Source: Hemiscyllium ocellatum
Lineage: Eukaryota
Assembly: GCF_020745735.1 (NCBI RefSeq)
Contig: NC_083423.1
Coordinates: 17,794,001 to 17,858,000 of the forward strand
DNA length: 64,000 nt
Direction of reading: 5' to 3'
Below the pieces are notes generated by a model, which searched no databases, was not told the origin of the DNA, and worked only from the letters and a program-made list of their open reading frames with translations. A program made the translations under genes and the position numbers. Of this stretch, positions 1-13,115 are shown piece by piece (positions within the stretch are counted from its first letter, which is position 1; each line of letters begins with the position of its first letter).

Positions 1-2019
1 CAGGGTCTCAATCTTCCACCAGCTAATTGCAGTCTAATGGTTACAAAATGGGATAAATAGGGAAACTATGAACAGTACCATTTTTGAATTTATTTTTATG
101 CTGGTTACTGAAACCCAGGGTTTTGAAAGCAAAAACAAAAGTTTTTTTTTAAAAACCAAACATGTTTAAAAAACACATTTAACTGAAGGATCAACTTAAA
201 AAAAGGTGTACTTCCCTTTGTTCAGGATTTCAAAACTGTTGGAATGTCATGGGATAGTGACTAATATCTTAAGCCATCTTATACTTGCCTTCCTAGCTCA
301 GTGTCTGCTGCTGCAGAAACACCAAATCTCATTCCTTTCTCAAGCACTATTCCAATTGATAATAGTAGCCCTGCAGGCTGCCAGCAGCCAATAAAAACCC
401 AATTGGAGGTCTTAACAGCAGTTGTGACAAAACTGCAAACAGGCAGAGACAGTTGACAAAAAAATCCTAGCCCACATGGCAAAACACGCATTCTCAAAAC
501 ATCTTGCTATTCTTAGTAGTTTAATGAAGGGAGTTGCTCAACCACTTCAGATGGAGTTAAAATGCAAATTTAAAAGGATTAGAGAATTGCACATTCAACA
601 GACTGAAGGTAGCAATTTTCTTTGCCAAATAAAAAGACAGTGAATCAAGTAGGTCAGTACAACAATCAGCTTCCAAAACATCTTTATTGATGTTCTTCAC
701 TCTCCAGTCCTCAAACTTAATCTGTATTCACAGTTCCAGTCTCAACTGGTAACCCTGGAGGTCAGTTCAGTTTTCTCAATTGCGAAACAGTTACAAAGGT
801 CAGCTCTTCGTCCATAGCCCAGACACCAACCATAGGCCAATTAGTTCATTATTCACTCCTTCAATCGAATCAGCCAAAAAGGAGCTAGCAGGTTATTATG
901 TTCAGAAGGGACTGCAGCAACCTTTGATTAGGCCAAAAGATCAATGTCCTCTCCAGAGGACAGCATAAAAGACATTCCCGCTTCAGCATTTCTTTTTAAC
1001 AAAAAGATAAGGACCCAAGGGGAAGGATGCAAGAATAGAATTCAAGACAATGGACTGTGAAGCTTTTGATCAGAACGATAAGCAGTGAGGTGGTATTGGA
1101 AGTTTTAGTGGATTAAAAAATGAAATCTCCTGTCCAGGTGAATTACATCTCAAGTTGCTGTGTAAGAGGAGGGAGGAAATTGCAGGGGCTCGGATTCAAA
1201 TTTTTAATTTTCTGTAGTCATGGGGCTGGGGGTGGGGGTGGGGGGGGGGGGGGGGGGGGGTAACAGGACAGCTTATGTAGTTCCACTTTCCGAGTAGAGT
1301 GGTAGAGATAGATTGGGGAATCAAGTTTTCCTATAACTCTGATCTATTACATAAAATTAATCTCCGTTTTGAGGGGCAAGGTTTGATCAGGGATCATCAG
1401 CATGCTTTAACATAGGGAGCACATGCCTAATAAGTCTGATGGAATTTAAGGGAGGTGACCAGATGTGTTGGTCAGGGTAGCATGGTCGATGTAAAAGCCT
1501 TTTACAAGGTCCCAAATTGGAAACAGATGAAAGCATCATGGGATGCAGGGTAATTTGGCAAGATGAATCCAAGATTAGCTCAGCCACAGGAGACGGAGGG
1601 TGGCAGTAGAAGGCTGTGTGTTACTGGAACTCAGTGTGCAATGTTGTATTACAGGGATCAGAGCTGGAGTCATAATTATAACTCCTAGCACGTGAATGAG
1701 AATGTGGGATGGATAAGTGCATGCAGCAACCACCATGTTTAAATGTTAGTGGCAGTTATTGCTACTGGGTTAGTCAAGACTTCAATGAATTTATGAAAGA
1801 ATAAAATGGGTGACATAGTGGCTCAGCTGTTAGCACTGCTGCCTCAGTGTCAGGGAGCCAGGTTCAATCCCAGCGTCCAGTGACTGTCTGTGCAAATTCC
1901 ACCATTCTCCCCATGTCAGTGTTTCTTCTCATGGTCCAAAGATGTGCAGGTGTACTGGACATGTCATAATACTTAACAGATTGATTGTAAAACATTAAAG
2001 TACAAATTTAAAGAAAAGG

Positions 2020-2376
2020 ATGGCATGGTGGCTCAGTGGTTAGCACTACTACCTCAGTGCCAGGGACCAGAGTTTGATTCCAGCCTCGAGAGAATGGTCT
2101 GTGTGGAGTTTACACATCCTCCCAGCATTTACATGAGTTTCTGCCAGGTGCTCTGCCTTGCTCCCACAGTCTAAAGATGTGCAGGTTGGGTGGACTGGCC
2201 ATGCTAAATTGCCCATAATGTCCAAGGACATGCAGGCCAAGTGGAGTAGCCATAGGAAATGCAGGGTTACAGGCAGGGTAGGGAGATGCATCATAGTGGG
2301 ATATTCTTCGCAAGATCATGTAGATCGGGGGGGGGGGGGCGCTAAATGGCCTGCTTCTACACTAGGGATTCTATGA
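2020..2376 (+). mobile_element. tRNA-derived HE1/V-type shark SINE (truncated copy also at 1808-1960)
   Basis: A box gtggctcagtggttagcact, B box gagtttgattcc, body gtctgtgtggagtttacacat...gatgtgcaggtt. Confidence 0.85.
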
Positions 2377-2617
2377 AATTTGTGGGTGACACAAAGATTG
2401 GCCAGGTTGATGACAGAAAGAAGGTATTAGTTACAGGAGGATATAAATCGATTGGACAGATCAATAGCATGGAATTTGAGGTGGTGATGGCCTAGTGTTA
2501 TTGCCACTGAACTGTTAATCTAAACACCCAGTTAATATTCTGAGGACCAGGGTTCAAATCCCATCAAAATAGTTGGTAGAATTTAAATTTAATAAAAATC
2601 TGGCATTAAAAAAGTCT

Positions 2618-3021
2618 TAGCGAGTTGAGAAAATTTGTAGCTCAGGTTGAGGTTTTGGATGTAGGTTTGCTCGCTGAGCTGAAAGGTTCATTTCCAGACA
2701 TTTCATAATCTTTCTAGGTAAGATCTTCAGTGGGCTTCATGCAAAGCAATGCTGAAAATTCCAGCTTTCTATTTATATGTTTGGGTTATTTTCGGTTGGT
2801 GATGTCATCTCCCGTGGTGAAGTCACTTCCTGTTCCTTTTCTCAGGTGGCGGTGGATGGGGTCTAACTTGATGTGTTTGTTGAGTGTCTTCCAGTTGGAA
2901 TGCCAAGCTTCGAGGAGTTCTTGTGCATGTCTTTGTTTGGCTTGTCCTAGGATGGATGTATTGTCCCAGTCGAAATGGTGTCCTTCCTCATCCATATGTG
3001 AGGATACTAGTGAGAAAGGGT
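2618..3021 (-). mobile_element. Penelope/Poseidon-type 3' fragment inserted in a SINE
   Basis: GIY-YIG C-terminal peptide HMDEEGHHFDWDNTSILGQAKQRHAQELLEAWHS followed by pLTR; degenerate flanking repeat cattaa(aaa/ga)gtct. Confidence 0.8.
2694..2733 (-). ncRNA. Degenerate hammerhead motif of the Poseidon-type element
   Basis: CCA-CUGAAGA-(decayed stem II)-GAAAU-GUC-UGG. Confidence 0.5.
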
Positions 3022-6000
3022 CATTAAGAGTCTCATGTTGACCATGAATACATTGCCAATTGCTGGAAAAACCCATCTGGTTTACTCAGGTCCTTCAGGG
3101 AGAGAAATCGCCATCCCTACCTAGTGTGGCCTACATGTGACTCTGGACCCACAGCAATATGGTTGACTTTTAACCGTCCTGAGCAATTAGGGATAGGCAA
3201 TAGCCATCAACATCCTCATGCTGCGGATGAATTTAAAAATTTAACTCTGACAAAATACAGTAAAGCACTTTGGAAGGAGCAAAACAAGGAAGTACTCAAT
3301 GAATGGCAAGATACTAAGATGCACAGAGGGCTCTGGGTATTTGCTTGGTGGCTGGACAGGTTAAGAGGGTAGTTAAGGAGGCATGCTGGATGCTTGCCTG
3401 TAATCAGTTGTGGCATAGATCACAAGAGCAAGTGGTCATGTTGGAGCTGTACAGAATTTGGGTTCGGCCGCAACTGGAGTACTGTGTACAGTTCCGGAGA
3501 CCACACTATAGGCAATCTGTGATTGCACGGAGGGGGTGCAAAGGAGATTCATCAGGATATCGTCTGGGATGTCACATTTCACTAAGAGGCTGGTGCTTTT
3601 TGGAGCAGAGAAGGTTGAGGGAGGGACCTGATGGAGATGTACAAGAGGGGCATGAAGAGGTGAACAGAAAGCAGCCGTTTCCCTATATGCAGTGGTCTAT
3701 GATACCACTCCCTGGAAGGATAGTTGAGGTGGGAAGCCTCACAGCCTTTAAAATTTCCCACACTATTCTCCCAATGCAGAAAAGTGGGACTTGTGCAGTT
3801 TGTATATTTTTGGCAATGTAGACTTAATGGGCCAAAAGGCCTCTGTACTATAGGATTCTGTAACTCAGACATGAATAACTCAAGCCAGGAACAGGCTTAA
3901 ATATAGACATATTGCTGTTACTCTGTTACCAAGTATCATGAGAGACATTTGTCCTCGTGACAATGCTGCTGGAATCCTTGGAAATCTATTTTCTCCTTTA
4001 ATTACCAATTCCTGTCCCATGAGATCTGCAAAAATAGTTTCTCTTGACTCTACATAAACTCAGCCCTCTTGTTATTCTTAACAGAATCCTAAAAATTATA
4101 TGTCCCACAGTATTAAAAAAACCCGTCAGTTAAGCCTCAGTCCACAGCATTGCGAAATATGGAGGAGGTGACTGTGGCTCATTAGTTCGTGAACCTAAAA
4201 AGGTATTTTACAAAATATCCAGTTGCTGACTCAAAGTCCTCTCTAATGCAAGCCCATGTGAAATATTGATCATTACCTGCTATAGCTCAGTGTTCTTGCC
4301 TCAGTCAGAATTCTGGAGAACTCAAAACCCTCTCCATGCACTTGAGCACAAAATTCAGTTTGACATTCTCCAGGAATACACTGCCAGGAGGTACCAGTTT
4401 TCTGGCTGCCAACAATGGAACAAATGGAATTAACCCTCATATCTCCTGACCAATATTTATCTTCAATAATCCATGTAAATTCTGGTCATTATAACACTGT
4501 AGGTTGTTGAAGCATGCTATGTGCAAATGGTTGCCATATTTCCTACTGTGTAGGTGTGACAACATTCCAAAAGTACTGTAAGAGGTGCCAAAAGCAAGGT
4601 TTTTTAAGATTAGATTAGATTCCTATTAGATGGAACGTTTTTAAATTGCAAATTATCTACACCTCATGAACTCCTGAACAAGTAAGAAAATGTAAACTAT
4701 TCTGCCAGAATTATAGTTCTCCACTTAAATATTTATTTTTCTTCCAATCACTGAAGAGGTTATTCCACTTTCAGGACCCCCCTCCTTCCCTATTCCAGGC
4801 CTCTGAAAAAACTGCGTGCAACTCATTTGTCTGCTAGACTTCAAAATCTCCCTCTATTTTTCATTTAATATAATGGTTTCTCAAAACATCTACCATTAAA
4901 ATTACTTGGAATTTCTGAAACCCCTTCACTGTACCATGGACTTGTTCTTTGATTAATTTTTTTTAATCTTAAATATATAGTCAAAGCTACTTCACATAAT
5001 AAATTTCAGTTTAAAAACACATACTTGTGGCAGTTCATTATAATCTTTATAGTTACAGAGAGGCTGAATTGTTTCCTGTGCTGTTTAGTTCTCATTCTAA
5101 ATTTCTGTATCTTATGAAGATCAAAAAAGATCATATTTAAAAGCAAATATCTCTGCTCAACTACAAACATCTCACTGCTTCCTGTTCCCATTCACAAAAA
5201 CAATTTGTAAGCAAAACAAATGTTATCCCCAAGTTCCACAAACAAATCACAAAATTTATTCAGAGGCAGCAATGATACCGACTTCCAAAATAAACACTAC
5301 CAACTGAGCCCTTCCTTTCACAAAACGTGCTTATAGCATCTTTAATAAAACATTGCACAAAATCTAAAAAAAGGTTCACGTGACTGAAACCCCAAAAGAA
5401 GAAGTCAGCTTTGAGGAACAAAGGAACTGAGAAAATGGTGGGCACAGGGGTTTGAGGGAGTGGTTCCAGCACTCCAGACCTAGGCAGCTGAAGATTTGGT
5501 CATGAAGAAAGGTGAAGGCAGTCAGAGACATGCAAGAGGCCAATTATCACTAGATTTAGAGGCCACAGATCCAAGACCATGTATCACATTTGAATACATA
5601 GGTGAGTACTTCAAATTTGAAGAGTTGATGGACCAAGAATTGGCATAAGGAGAGGGGCAACTTTCTGCCCACAAAATACGTAGCCCACAAAATCAGCAAG
5701 TAGTAATATGGAAGGAAGGATCAAAGTCTAACATCACTGCAGGAACAATGGTAAGATTTCAGTGGAATGAAAAACAAAGTGTTCTTGGTTCATTTGTCTT
5801 TGTCAGGTCTCTTCACAATGCAAGATTGGGAATTCTGCATGCATGGCTGTAACATGATACAATTTATACAGCACAAAGCAAAATACTGGCAGTAGGAGAA
5901 TCAGTCAAGAACAAGCATTTAAAAACATTTTGCATAATACAGATTGAATCAAGCAGCACAGGACTGTACTGAAAACAGCTGAAAGTTACCCTGAAATTGC

Positions 6001-6129
6001 CACACCTTAAAAAAAGGTTGTTTGTAAATATGTAAAAGTGAAAATTAGTACAGCTCAAATAAAAGCAAAACACAGAAGATGGAGATCTGAAATAAAAACC
6101 AAGTGCTAGGTAGTGACAATTAGGTCATG

Positions 6130-7320
6130 CTTGACACGCCTCATTGAATTTTTTTTTGAAAATGTGACACAGGAATGTTTATGATATTGTTTATCACATC
6201 TTCTGGAAATCAATAAAGTCCAGCATATGAGACTCTAGGTAGAAACCAACAGAACTGAGGCAAATTACTGAAGAGGCCTTGAAATTGGTTGAGTGGCAGG
6301 TAACAGAAAGTAGCGTTAAGGGTAGCTACTCAAACAGGCAGGACGTAACCAGTGAATCCCACAAGAATCTGTGTTACAGCTTCAATTATTCACATTAACA
6401 ACTTGGATGAAAGTCATCTATCCAAACTTGCTAATGGTAAAAATTAGGCAGCAGTGTAGACAGTGCAGAAGACAGCATAAAATTAAAAAGGGATATTGAT
6501 AGACTAAGTGAATTGACAACAAAAAAGTGTGGCAGATTGAGTTCAATGTAAGAAAATATGAGATTACCTATTTGGGACTAAAAAATGATTAATCAGCGAA
6601 TTTTCTAAATATTATGAAGTTAAACAGCAGATGTTCAAAGAGATTAAGGTTCAAGTGCACAGATCTTTAAAACGTCACAAATAGGTGGAGAAAGTGATCA
6701 AGAAAACTAACAATGCTGCCTTTATATCTAGAAGACTAGAGTACAAGGATGCAAAAGTTATCCTGCAGTTATACAAAACCCTGATTAGTCCCCACTTGGA
6801 GTATGACGAGCAGATCCGGAACCACACTGGAGGGGAGAAATGGCGGGGTTGATAGTGTAGACTTACACCAATGATATCTGGATTTCAGGGGTTAAATTTG
6901 AGGAGTGACTATTCAAAAAGCAATCCTGTTTTATCTAAAATTTAGGAGGTTAAGGATGATCTGATCAAAAAGTCTTCAAGACATGAACAGAAAAAAAACA
7001 GGGTTGATAAAGATGCACTAGTTCCACTTGGTGGGGATATTAGAACCAGAAGCATAATCTTAGAGCCAGACCATTTAGGATAAATGTCAGGAAGTACTTC
7101 TATAGACAAAAGGGTGGTAGATGTTTGGAACTCTTCCACAAACAGTGGATACTGGATCAGCCTTTTTTTAAAAAAAAAAGTGGAGATAGATTAATTTAGT
7201 TAGGCAAAAATCATGAGATATAGACCAAATGCAGATACATGGAATCAGGCCACAGATCAGCCATAACTTATTAAAAGTCAGAACAGGTTCAAGGGGCTGA
7301 ATGGTTTACTCTTGCTCCTG
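6130..7320 (+). mobile_element. Old CR1-clade LINE fragment
   Basis: Decayed RT motifs (tccaaacttgctaatggtaaaaattagg) and 3' end gggctgaatggtttactcttgctcct. Confidence 0.75.
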
Positions 7321-7402
7321 TAGAAATTTCAGGTCTGGTAGTAGGTGAAGAAAGACAATCGAACTTTCAAGTCTAACCTGACAAGCTGTTTAGAAATTCA
7401 GA

Positions 7403-7529
7403 GCAGAAAAATGTGTTGCTGGAAAAGCACAGGTCAGGCAGCATCCAAGGAGGAGAATCAATGTTTCGGGCAGAAGGGCTTACACCAGCAACACATTTTT
7501 CAGCTCTGATCTCCAGTCCTCACTTTCTC
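7403..7529 (+). mobile_element. Internally deleted fold-back Penelope pLTR mini-element
   Basis: 14-bp TSD tttagaaattcaga at 7389-7402 and 7530-7543. Confidence 0.82.
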
Positions 7530-8414
7530 TTTAGAAATTCAGAAGTGTCAGATCACCCATGCTTTACCAGAGAGTAGGACCAAAATAAAAACAAAATCTA
7601 TCCAAGTTTCAGAATGACTTTTGAATAAAAGATTCAAACTAGCTTCAAAACCAAAGTAATACAGATTAACACTGAATATTAACTAACATTGTATAATTCC
7701 ATAATATTGCAAATTACAAGAAAAGAAACAGTTCAGCTCATGATAGCTACTTGAAAGAAGCATCCAATTAATTCTACATATTTGCTTTTCCCCCCTAATA
7801 GCCCCAAAACAGTTAGTTATCCAGTTCCTTTTTGAAAACCATTATTTAATCTGTTTCAGCCATGCTTTCAGACAAGTTTACCCCACATCACAACAGCTTT
7901 GGATCATCCCTACCCAATTCCTTTTATTTTTTACAAATAACATTGTACCCTCTCTGGTTACAGTTCATGAAATTGAGAATCTCATTCATAGAATCATAGA
8001 AACTTCCAGCACTGAAGATAAACATCTCAGCCCATTGGCTTGTGCTGACTCTTTGAAAAGACTACACAGGTTTTGCACGCCTTGCCCACTTTGAGCAGAT
8101 TTTGCAGGTTTATGGGCACAAACACCTTCACAAAAAAAATCACAGCTTTTTTTCCAGGCAAAATTAAAACCTCAAGACCTCGAAGGACTGAGTTAAATGT
8201 CTCCATAGCAATTTTTTAAAAAAGAAATACGAGAAAACGAGCTGATAGATGCACAGACAAGTTGTTCAGACAGCAGCCTGGGAAGCCGGCTGGTCTGCAT
8301 GGGGAGGGTGAGCAGCAGCTGTCAGCGCCCACACAACCGTGACCAACCGCCACCGCCACCGCCTGAAGGCAGCGAGTTAAGCTGGTGACACTATAATTAA
8401 ATGCGGCTCCTTAC

Positions 8415-8478
8415 TCAATGCGTCCTGGGTGCTTCGTCTCCGAAAGCCCAGCTCCGGCTCTTGCTCAATCTCCGACAT
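8415..8478 (-). CDS. First coding exon of an unidentified gene (MSEIEQEPELGFRRRSTQDAL...)
   Basis: gtcATG in a CpG-rich island, strong donor GA|gtaagg, promoter motifs directly upstream; protein not recognised. Confidence 0.6.
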
Positions 8479-8540
8479 GACTGGACGGAAACTGCCGCAA
8501 GTCCCAGAGAAAAGAAACCGACCCCCACCACCTGCTGGTC

Positions 8541-8720
8541 ACGCCCCCCTCCCCCTACATTTATAAGAACGGCGCATGTGCCTCCACGGCCGCCTCTGCG
8601 CAATACCTTCTGGGAGCTGTAGTTCCATGCCGGCCGCCACGAGGCTTTCTGGGAGTTGTAGTCTCTCCGAATCCTTCCTCCTGTTCCGGAGGGAGCATGA
8701 AAGACTACAACCATAGAAAT
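8541..8720 (-). promoter_or_regulatory. Housekeeping-type promoter with tandem ZNF143/THAP11 (ACTACAnnTCCCA) motifs
   Basis: TGGGAGCTGTAGT 8611-8623 and TGGGAGTTGTAGT 8650-8662; partial ACTACAA 8704-8710; minus-strand TATAAA 8560-8565; GC box 8541-8555; NRF1-like GCGCATGTGC 8572-8581. Confidence 0.8.
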
Positions 8721-10039
8721 GATGCAGGGCAGAAGGGGGCCATTCGGCCTATCTCGTTCATGCCGACCCAAAGAAACCCCGATGCCCCTTCTCATCCCAT
8801 TTTCCTTCAAAAGGCCCATTGCCTTCAGTTTACAGCACTTAAGGTGCAGACAGATCTGACCCAGTTGCTGATTCTTTGATTTCAATCTGGAAGTATTTTT
8901 TGTTGTGCTTCAACTTTATTGAAACGCCCAATTAAAAAAAACAAAAGAAAAGACTAGTTGGGCAAGCTTTTTTGTTACAATCAATGAAAAAAGACATTTG
9001 GAAAACTCCAAATCTGAAATTAAAATAGAAGAGTGATGGAAATTCACAACAGGTGGATTAGGTTTGGAAGAGTAAAGGAGATGATTCCAACTGCATGCAT
9101 TATTTTAACGCATGCATGCGGAAAAGAATGACTACACAGAGGGTTCTGAAAAATCCTAAATATCCAGATTCTTCCTGCTGACTTATTGACTGTAAATTTT
9201 AGTTAAGCAATGTCTGCAATCATAACGGGAAAGGCTTCATCTAGTTTAAAAGGATACCATTCAATCCATCGTGCTGTTTGAAAGTCTATTCAATTAGTTC
9301 TAATTCTCTGATCATTGACCATAGTCTTGCACAATGTTTCCTCTCCAGCTATGTATCCAATTTCCTTTTTGTAAATTCCTGTTGGTCCAGGTTTTGCCAT
9401 CAGCGAACTCATGCCAGTGTCTAAACTCGCAGAAAGCTGTCAGCATAATCTGGTAATTTATGTGGCACATATTTCTTCCATTCCCTTTGTCAAAAAATCT
9501 AGCACTAAGAGATTCTCCCACCGTATTCCCGTAGTAGTCAGTGAGCAAGCTACACAGCCAATTAGATTTGAGTATTGGGTAGCACTTATTTTTAGTTTTT
9601 TAGATAAAATCAATTAGATCAGAAACATTTTATTGACATTAAATACGTTATTTGATATTATGCAAATTAATATTATGGTTGGCCATTAATCAGAACGAAC
9701 AAGAGCGATTAGCAGTCATTTGTGGATACCCAATTAGTTAAGTCTTCATCCAACTGACTGTAACCTTCCAGGTTTTGCAGTGAGACTGTCAATTAAATTA
9801 ATTTTGCATTGATTGCAGTTTCAGCATACTTCAACTGCACACAATTACTGAAATGAGCCTGTGCTTTGATCTTTTTTCCATGCCTCTGCATATTTCAGGA
9901 GTTGGCTATCAGTTTCATTGGAGCAAATGTTCACGTTATCACTGTAAAATCTGTCCCATTGTATCTTTTCAGGTTGCTCATTCTGAATTATAGCAATTCT
10001 CTACCAGAAGCAGCAACATTGATACCAAACACTTTTCAA

Positions 10040-11050
10040 ACTGGCAGGCAGTAACTAGTACGTTGCCACAGGGACCAGTGCTAGGACCCCAGGTATTCAC
10101 AATACTGTATATATTAATGATTTGGATGAGGGAACAAAATGTAACATCTCAAAAGTTTGCAGATGATACCAGGTTGGGTGGGAGAGTGAACTGTGACAAG
10201 GATGCAGAGGACCTTCAGCATGATTTGGACAGGTTGAGTAAGTGGACAAATCAATGGCAGATGCAGTATGATTTTGATAAGTGCAAGGTTATCCACTTTG
10301 GAAGCAAAAGCAAGAAGACAGATTACTACTGCAATGGCTGTAAATTGGGAGAGGGGAGTGTGCAACCTGGGTTTCCTTGTGCACCAGTCTGTTGAAGGTA
10401 AGCATGCAGCTGCAGCAAGTGGTAAGGAAGACAAATGGTATGTTGGCCTTCATTGAGAGAAAGTATAGGAGCAGGGATGTGTTGTTGCAGGTATACAGGG
10501 CCTTGGTGAGGCCACACCTACAATATTGTGTGCAGTTTTAATCTCCTTTTCTGAGAAAGGATGCTCTCAAGAGAGAGAGTGAGTGCAGCGAAGGTTTACC
10601 AGGCTGATTCCAGGGATGGCAGGACTGACGTATGAAGAGAGATTGACTAGGTTATGAAAATGGAGTTCAGACAAGTGGGAAAGGGATCTCATTATAAAAT
10701 TCGAACTGTAGACAGGGTAGATGCAGACAGGATGTTCCTGATGGTGGGTGCATTCAAAACCAGGGGTCACAGTCTGAGGATTTGGGGTGGACTATAGGAT
10801 GGAAATGAGAGACATTTCTTCACCCAAGAGTGGTAAGCCTGTGGAATTCATTACCACAGGTAGTTGATGCCAAAACATTGAATGTATTCAAGAGGCTGCT
10901 AGATATAGCACTTGGGGCGAATGGGGTCAAAGGTTAAGGGGAGAAAGTAAGGTTAGGCTATTGAGTTGGACAATCAACCACAATCATGATGAATGGCAGA
11001 GCAGGCTCAAAGGGCCAAATCACCTCCTCCTGCTCCTATCTTCTATGTAA
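10040..11050 (+). mobile_element. CR1-clade LINE 3' fragment
   Basis: PQGPVLGP, KFADDTRLGG, KCKVIHFG. Confidence 0.88.
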
Positions 11051-11521
11051 ATACTTTAATTGTATTGAATTATAATCCTCAGAATATCAATGTCAAGATT
11101 CTTGTCTTTAATTCCATACTCTTGCAGAGCCATCTCATTTCCTGATCCCACAACTTCCTACAATCATAGACTGTAGTAGACTCACCAACTTTAAGGACAT
11201 TTAAATGGTTATTGGATAGGCAAATGGATGAGAATGGATTAGTGTATGTTAAATGGGCAGATTAGTTCCAAAGGTTGATGCAACATCGAGGGCCAAAGGG
11301 CTTGTACTGCACTGTAATGTTCTATATTCATGTCTCACCCCCCTCATTCCACTATTAACCAGCATTACCTGCCCTGACTGCCAAATTCTCACCAGCATCT
11401 CTACCTTCCCAGATTTTACCTTCAGAAATATCCTAAAGATTTTCCTTATCAACTATATTTTGTTGCCACCTAACACTTTTTCTTCTCCACACAATTTAGT
11501 CATTCAGTGAAAACTATGCCA

Positions 11522-11740
11522 CAAACTGGTTAGTTCAGTTGGTTAAATGGCTGGTTTGCAATGCAGTGATGCCAATAGCCTGGGTTCAATTCTTGCACTG
11601 ATTTAAATTACCATGAAGGAATCTCCTTCTCACCCTTTGCCTTAGGTGTGGTGAACCTCAGATTAAATCACCACCAGTTGTCTCTCTAGTGACAGAGCAA
11701 CCCTATGGTCTGTTAAGACAATGACAACTTCAACTTTTAG
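11522..11740 (+). mobile_element. tRNA-derived SINE (related copies about 58262-58432 and 46550-47072)
   Basis: ttagttcagttgg...gggttcaattc head; shared body ttaccatgaagga...ttaaatcacc...ctatggtctg. Confidence 0.7.
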
Positions 11741-11797
11741 TTGCACCCTGATTTCCCTATAGCCATTTGGTATTGCTTGCGTACTTTAATGAGTGGT

Positions 11798-13115
11798 CAT
11801 AGAACAGTACAGCACAGACACAGGCCCTTTGGCCCATGCTGTTATGCAAACATGACACCAAATTAAACTAATCCCCTCTACCTGCCAAATTCCTTCATTC
11901 CTTGCATGTTCATGTGCTTTTCTAAAATGGTCCTAATGTATCTGCCTCCACTACCACCTCACTCCAGATTCCTACCACTCACTTTCCCCTCACATCTCCT
12001 TTGAACTTGCCCCCTTCACCTCATTTCAACTCTGGGAAAAAAAAATTCTGACTGTCAATCCTATCTGTGCATCACATAATTTTAGAAACTTTTGTCAAAT
12101 CTCCCCTCAACCTCTGCTACTCCAGAGAAAATAATCCAAGTTCTACTAGCCTCTTCTTGTAGTTCATATCCTCCAATGCAGACAGCATTCTGGTAAACCT
12201 ATTCTGCACCCTCTCCAAAGCCTCCACATCCTTCCTGTATCATCATGACCAGAACTAAACACAATACTCTAAGTGCAGCCTAACCAGTCTTATAAATCTA
12301 CATGACATCCTGACTCTTAGGCTCAATTCCCCTACTAATAAAAGCAAGCATGCCAAACACCTTCTTTATTACCCTATCCAACTGTCAGAGAGCTATGGAT
12401 TTAAACATAAAGATCCCTCTGTGCATCAATGCTGTTCAGGGTCCTGCTATTAACTGTATACTTTTCCATAACATTTGATCTCCTAAAGTGCAGTACCTCA
12501 CATTTACCCAGATTAAACTCCATCTGCCATTTCCCAGCCAATACGCGGTATCCTTTGATAAGCTTCTACTTTCAACAACTTCACTGATCTTTGTATCCTC
12601 TGCATACTAACTCACCCATCTACATTTTCATCCAAGTAATTTATATATTTTCCAAACAGCAGATGTCAAAGTACCCATCCCTGGGGAATGCCACTGGTCA
12701 TGGACCTCCACCTAGAAAAACACACTTGCATCACTGCCCTCTGCTTCTAAGGGGGCAAGCCAATTCTGAATCCAAACAGCCAAGTCACTCTATATCCAAT
12801 ACATCTTAATATTCTAGATGAGCCTCCACCGAGGTACCTTGTCAAAAGCCTTACTAAAATCCATGTAGACCACATTCGTTATTCTACCCTCTTTAATCAC
12901 CTTCATCACCTCCTCAAAAAAAAATTCGGTCAAGTACGACATGACCTGCCCCGCTCAAAGCTATGCTGAGTGGGTCTAATTAGTCTATGCTTTTCCAAGT
13001 GTGCATAAATCCTATCCATAAGAATTCTCTCCAATATCATCCCAAACATCAGACTCACCAGTCTAGTTTACTTGATTATCCCCATTTCCCTTTTTGAACA
13101 GGACATTAGCTGCTA
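11798..13115 (-). mobile_element. Degenerate CR1-clade LINE fragment
   Basis: Reverse complement of CR1 RT and 3' end (catagaacagtacagcacag...ggccctttggccc; ccttgtcaaaagccttactaaaatccat). Confidence 0.82.

Noticed and set aside
1222-1260. G-quadruplex / poly-G runs (also 14806-14825, 25270-25291)
   Set aside because: Homopolymer expansions, mostly inside decayed repeats and prone to assembly error; no independent support for function.
1808-2090. tRNA genes (A and B boxes)
   Set aside because: These are SINE heads that continue into SINE body sequence; no full cloverleaf.
8415-8885. 156-aa minus-strand ORF and overlapping plus-strand ORFs over the CpG island
   Set aside because: They run through promoter motifs and a LINE tail; the ATG-plus-donor exon is in a different frame.
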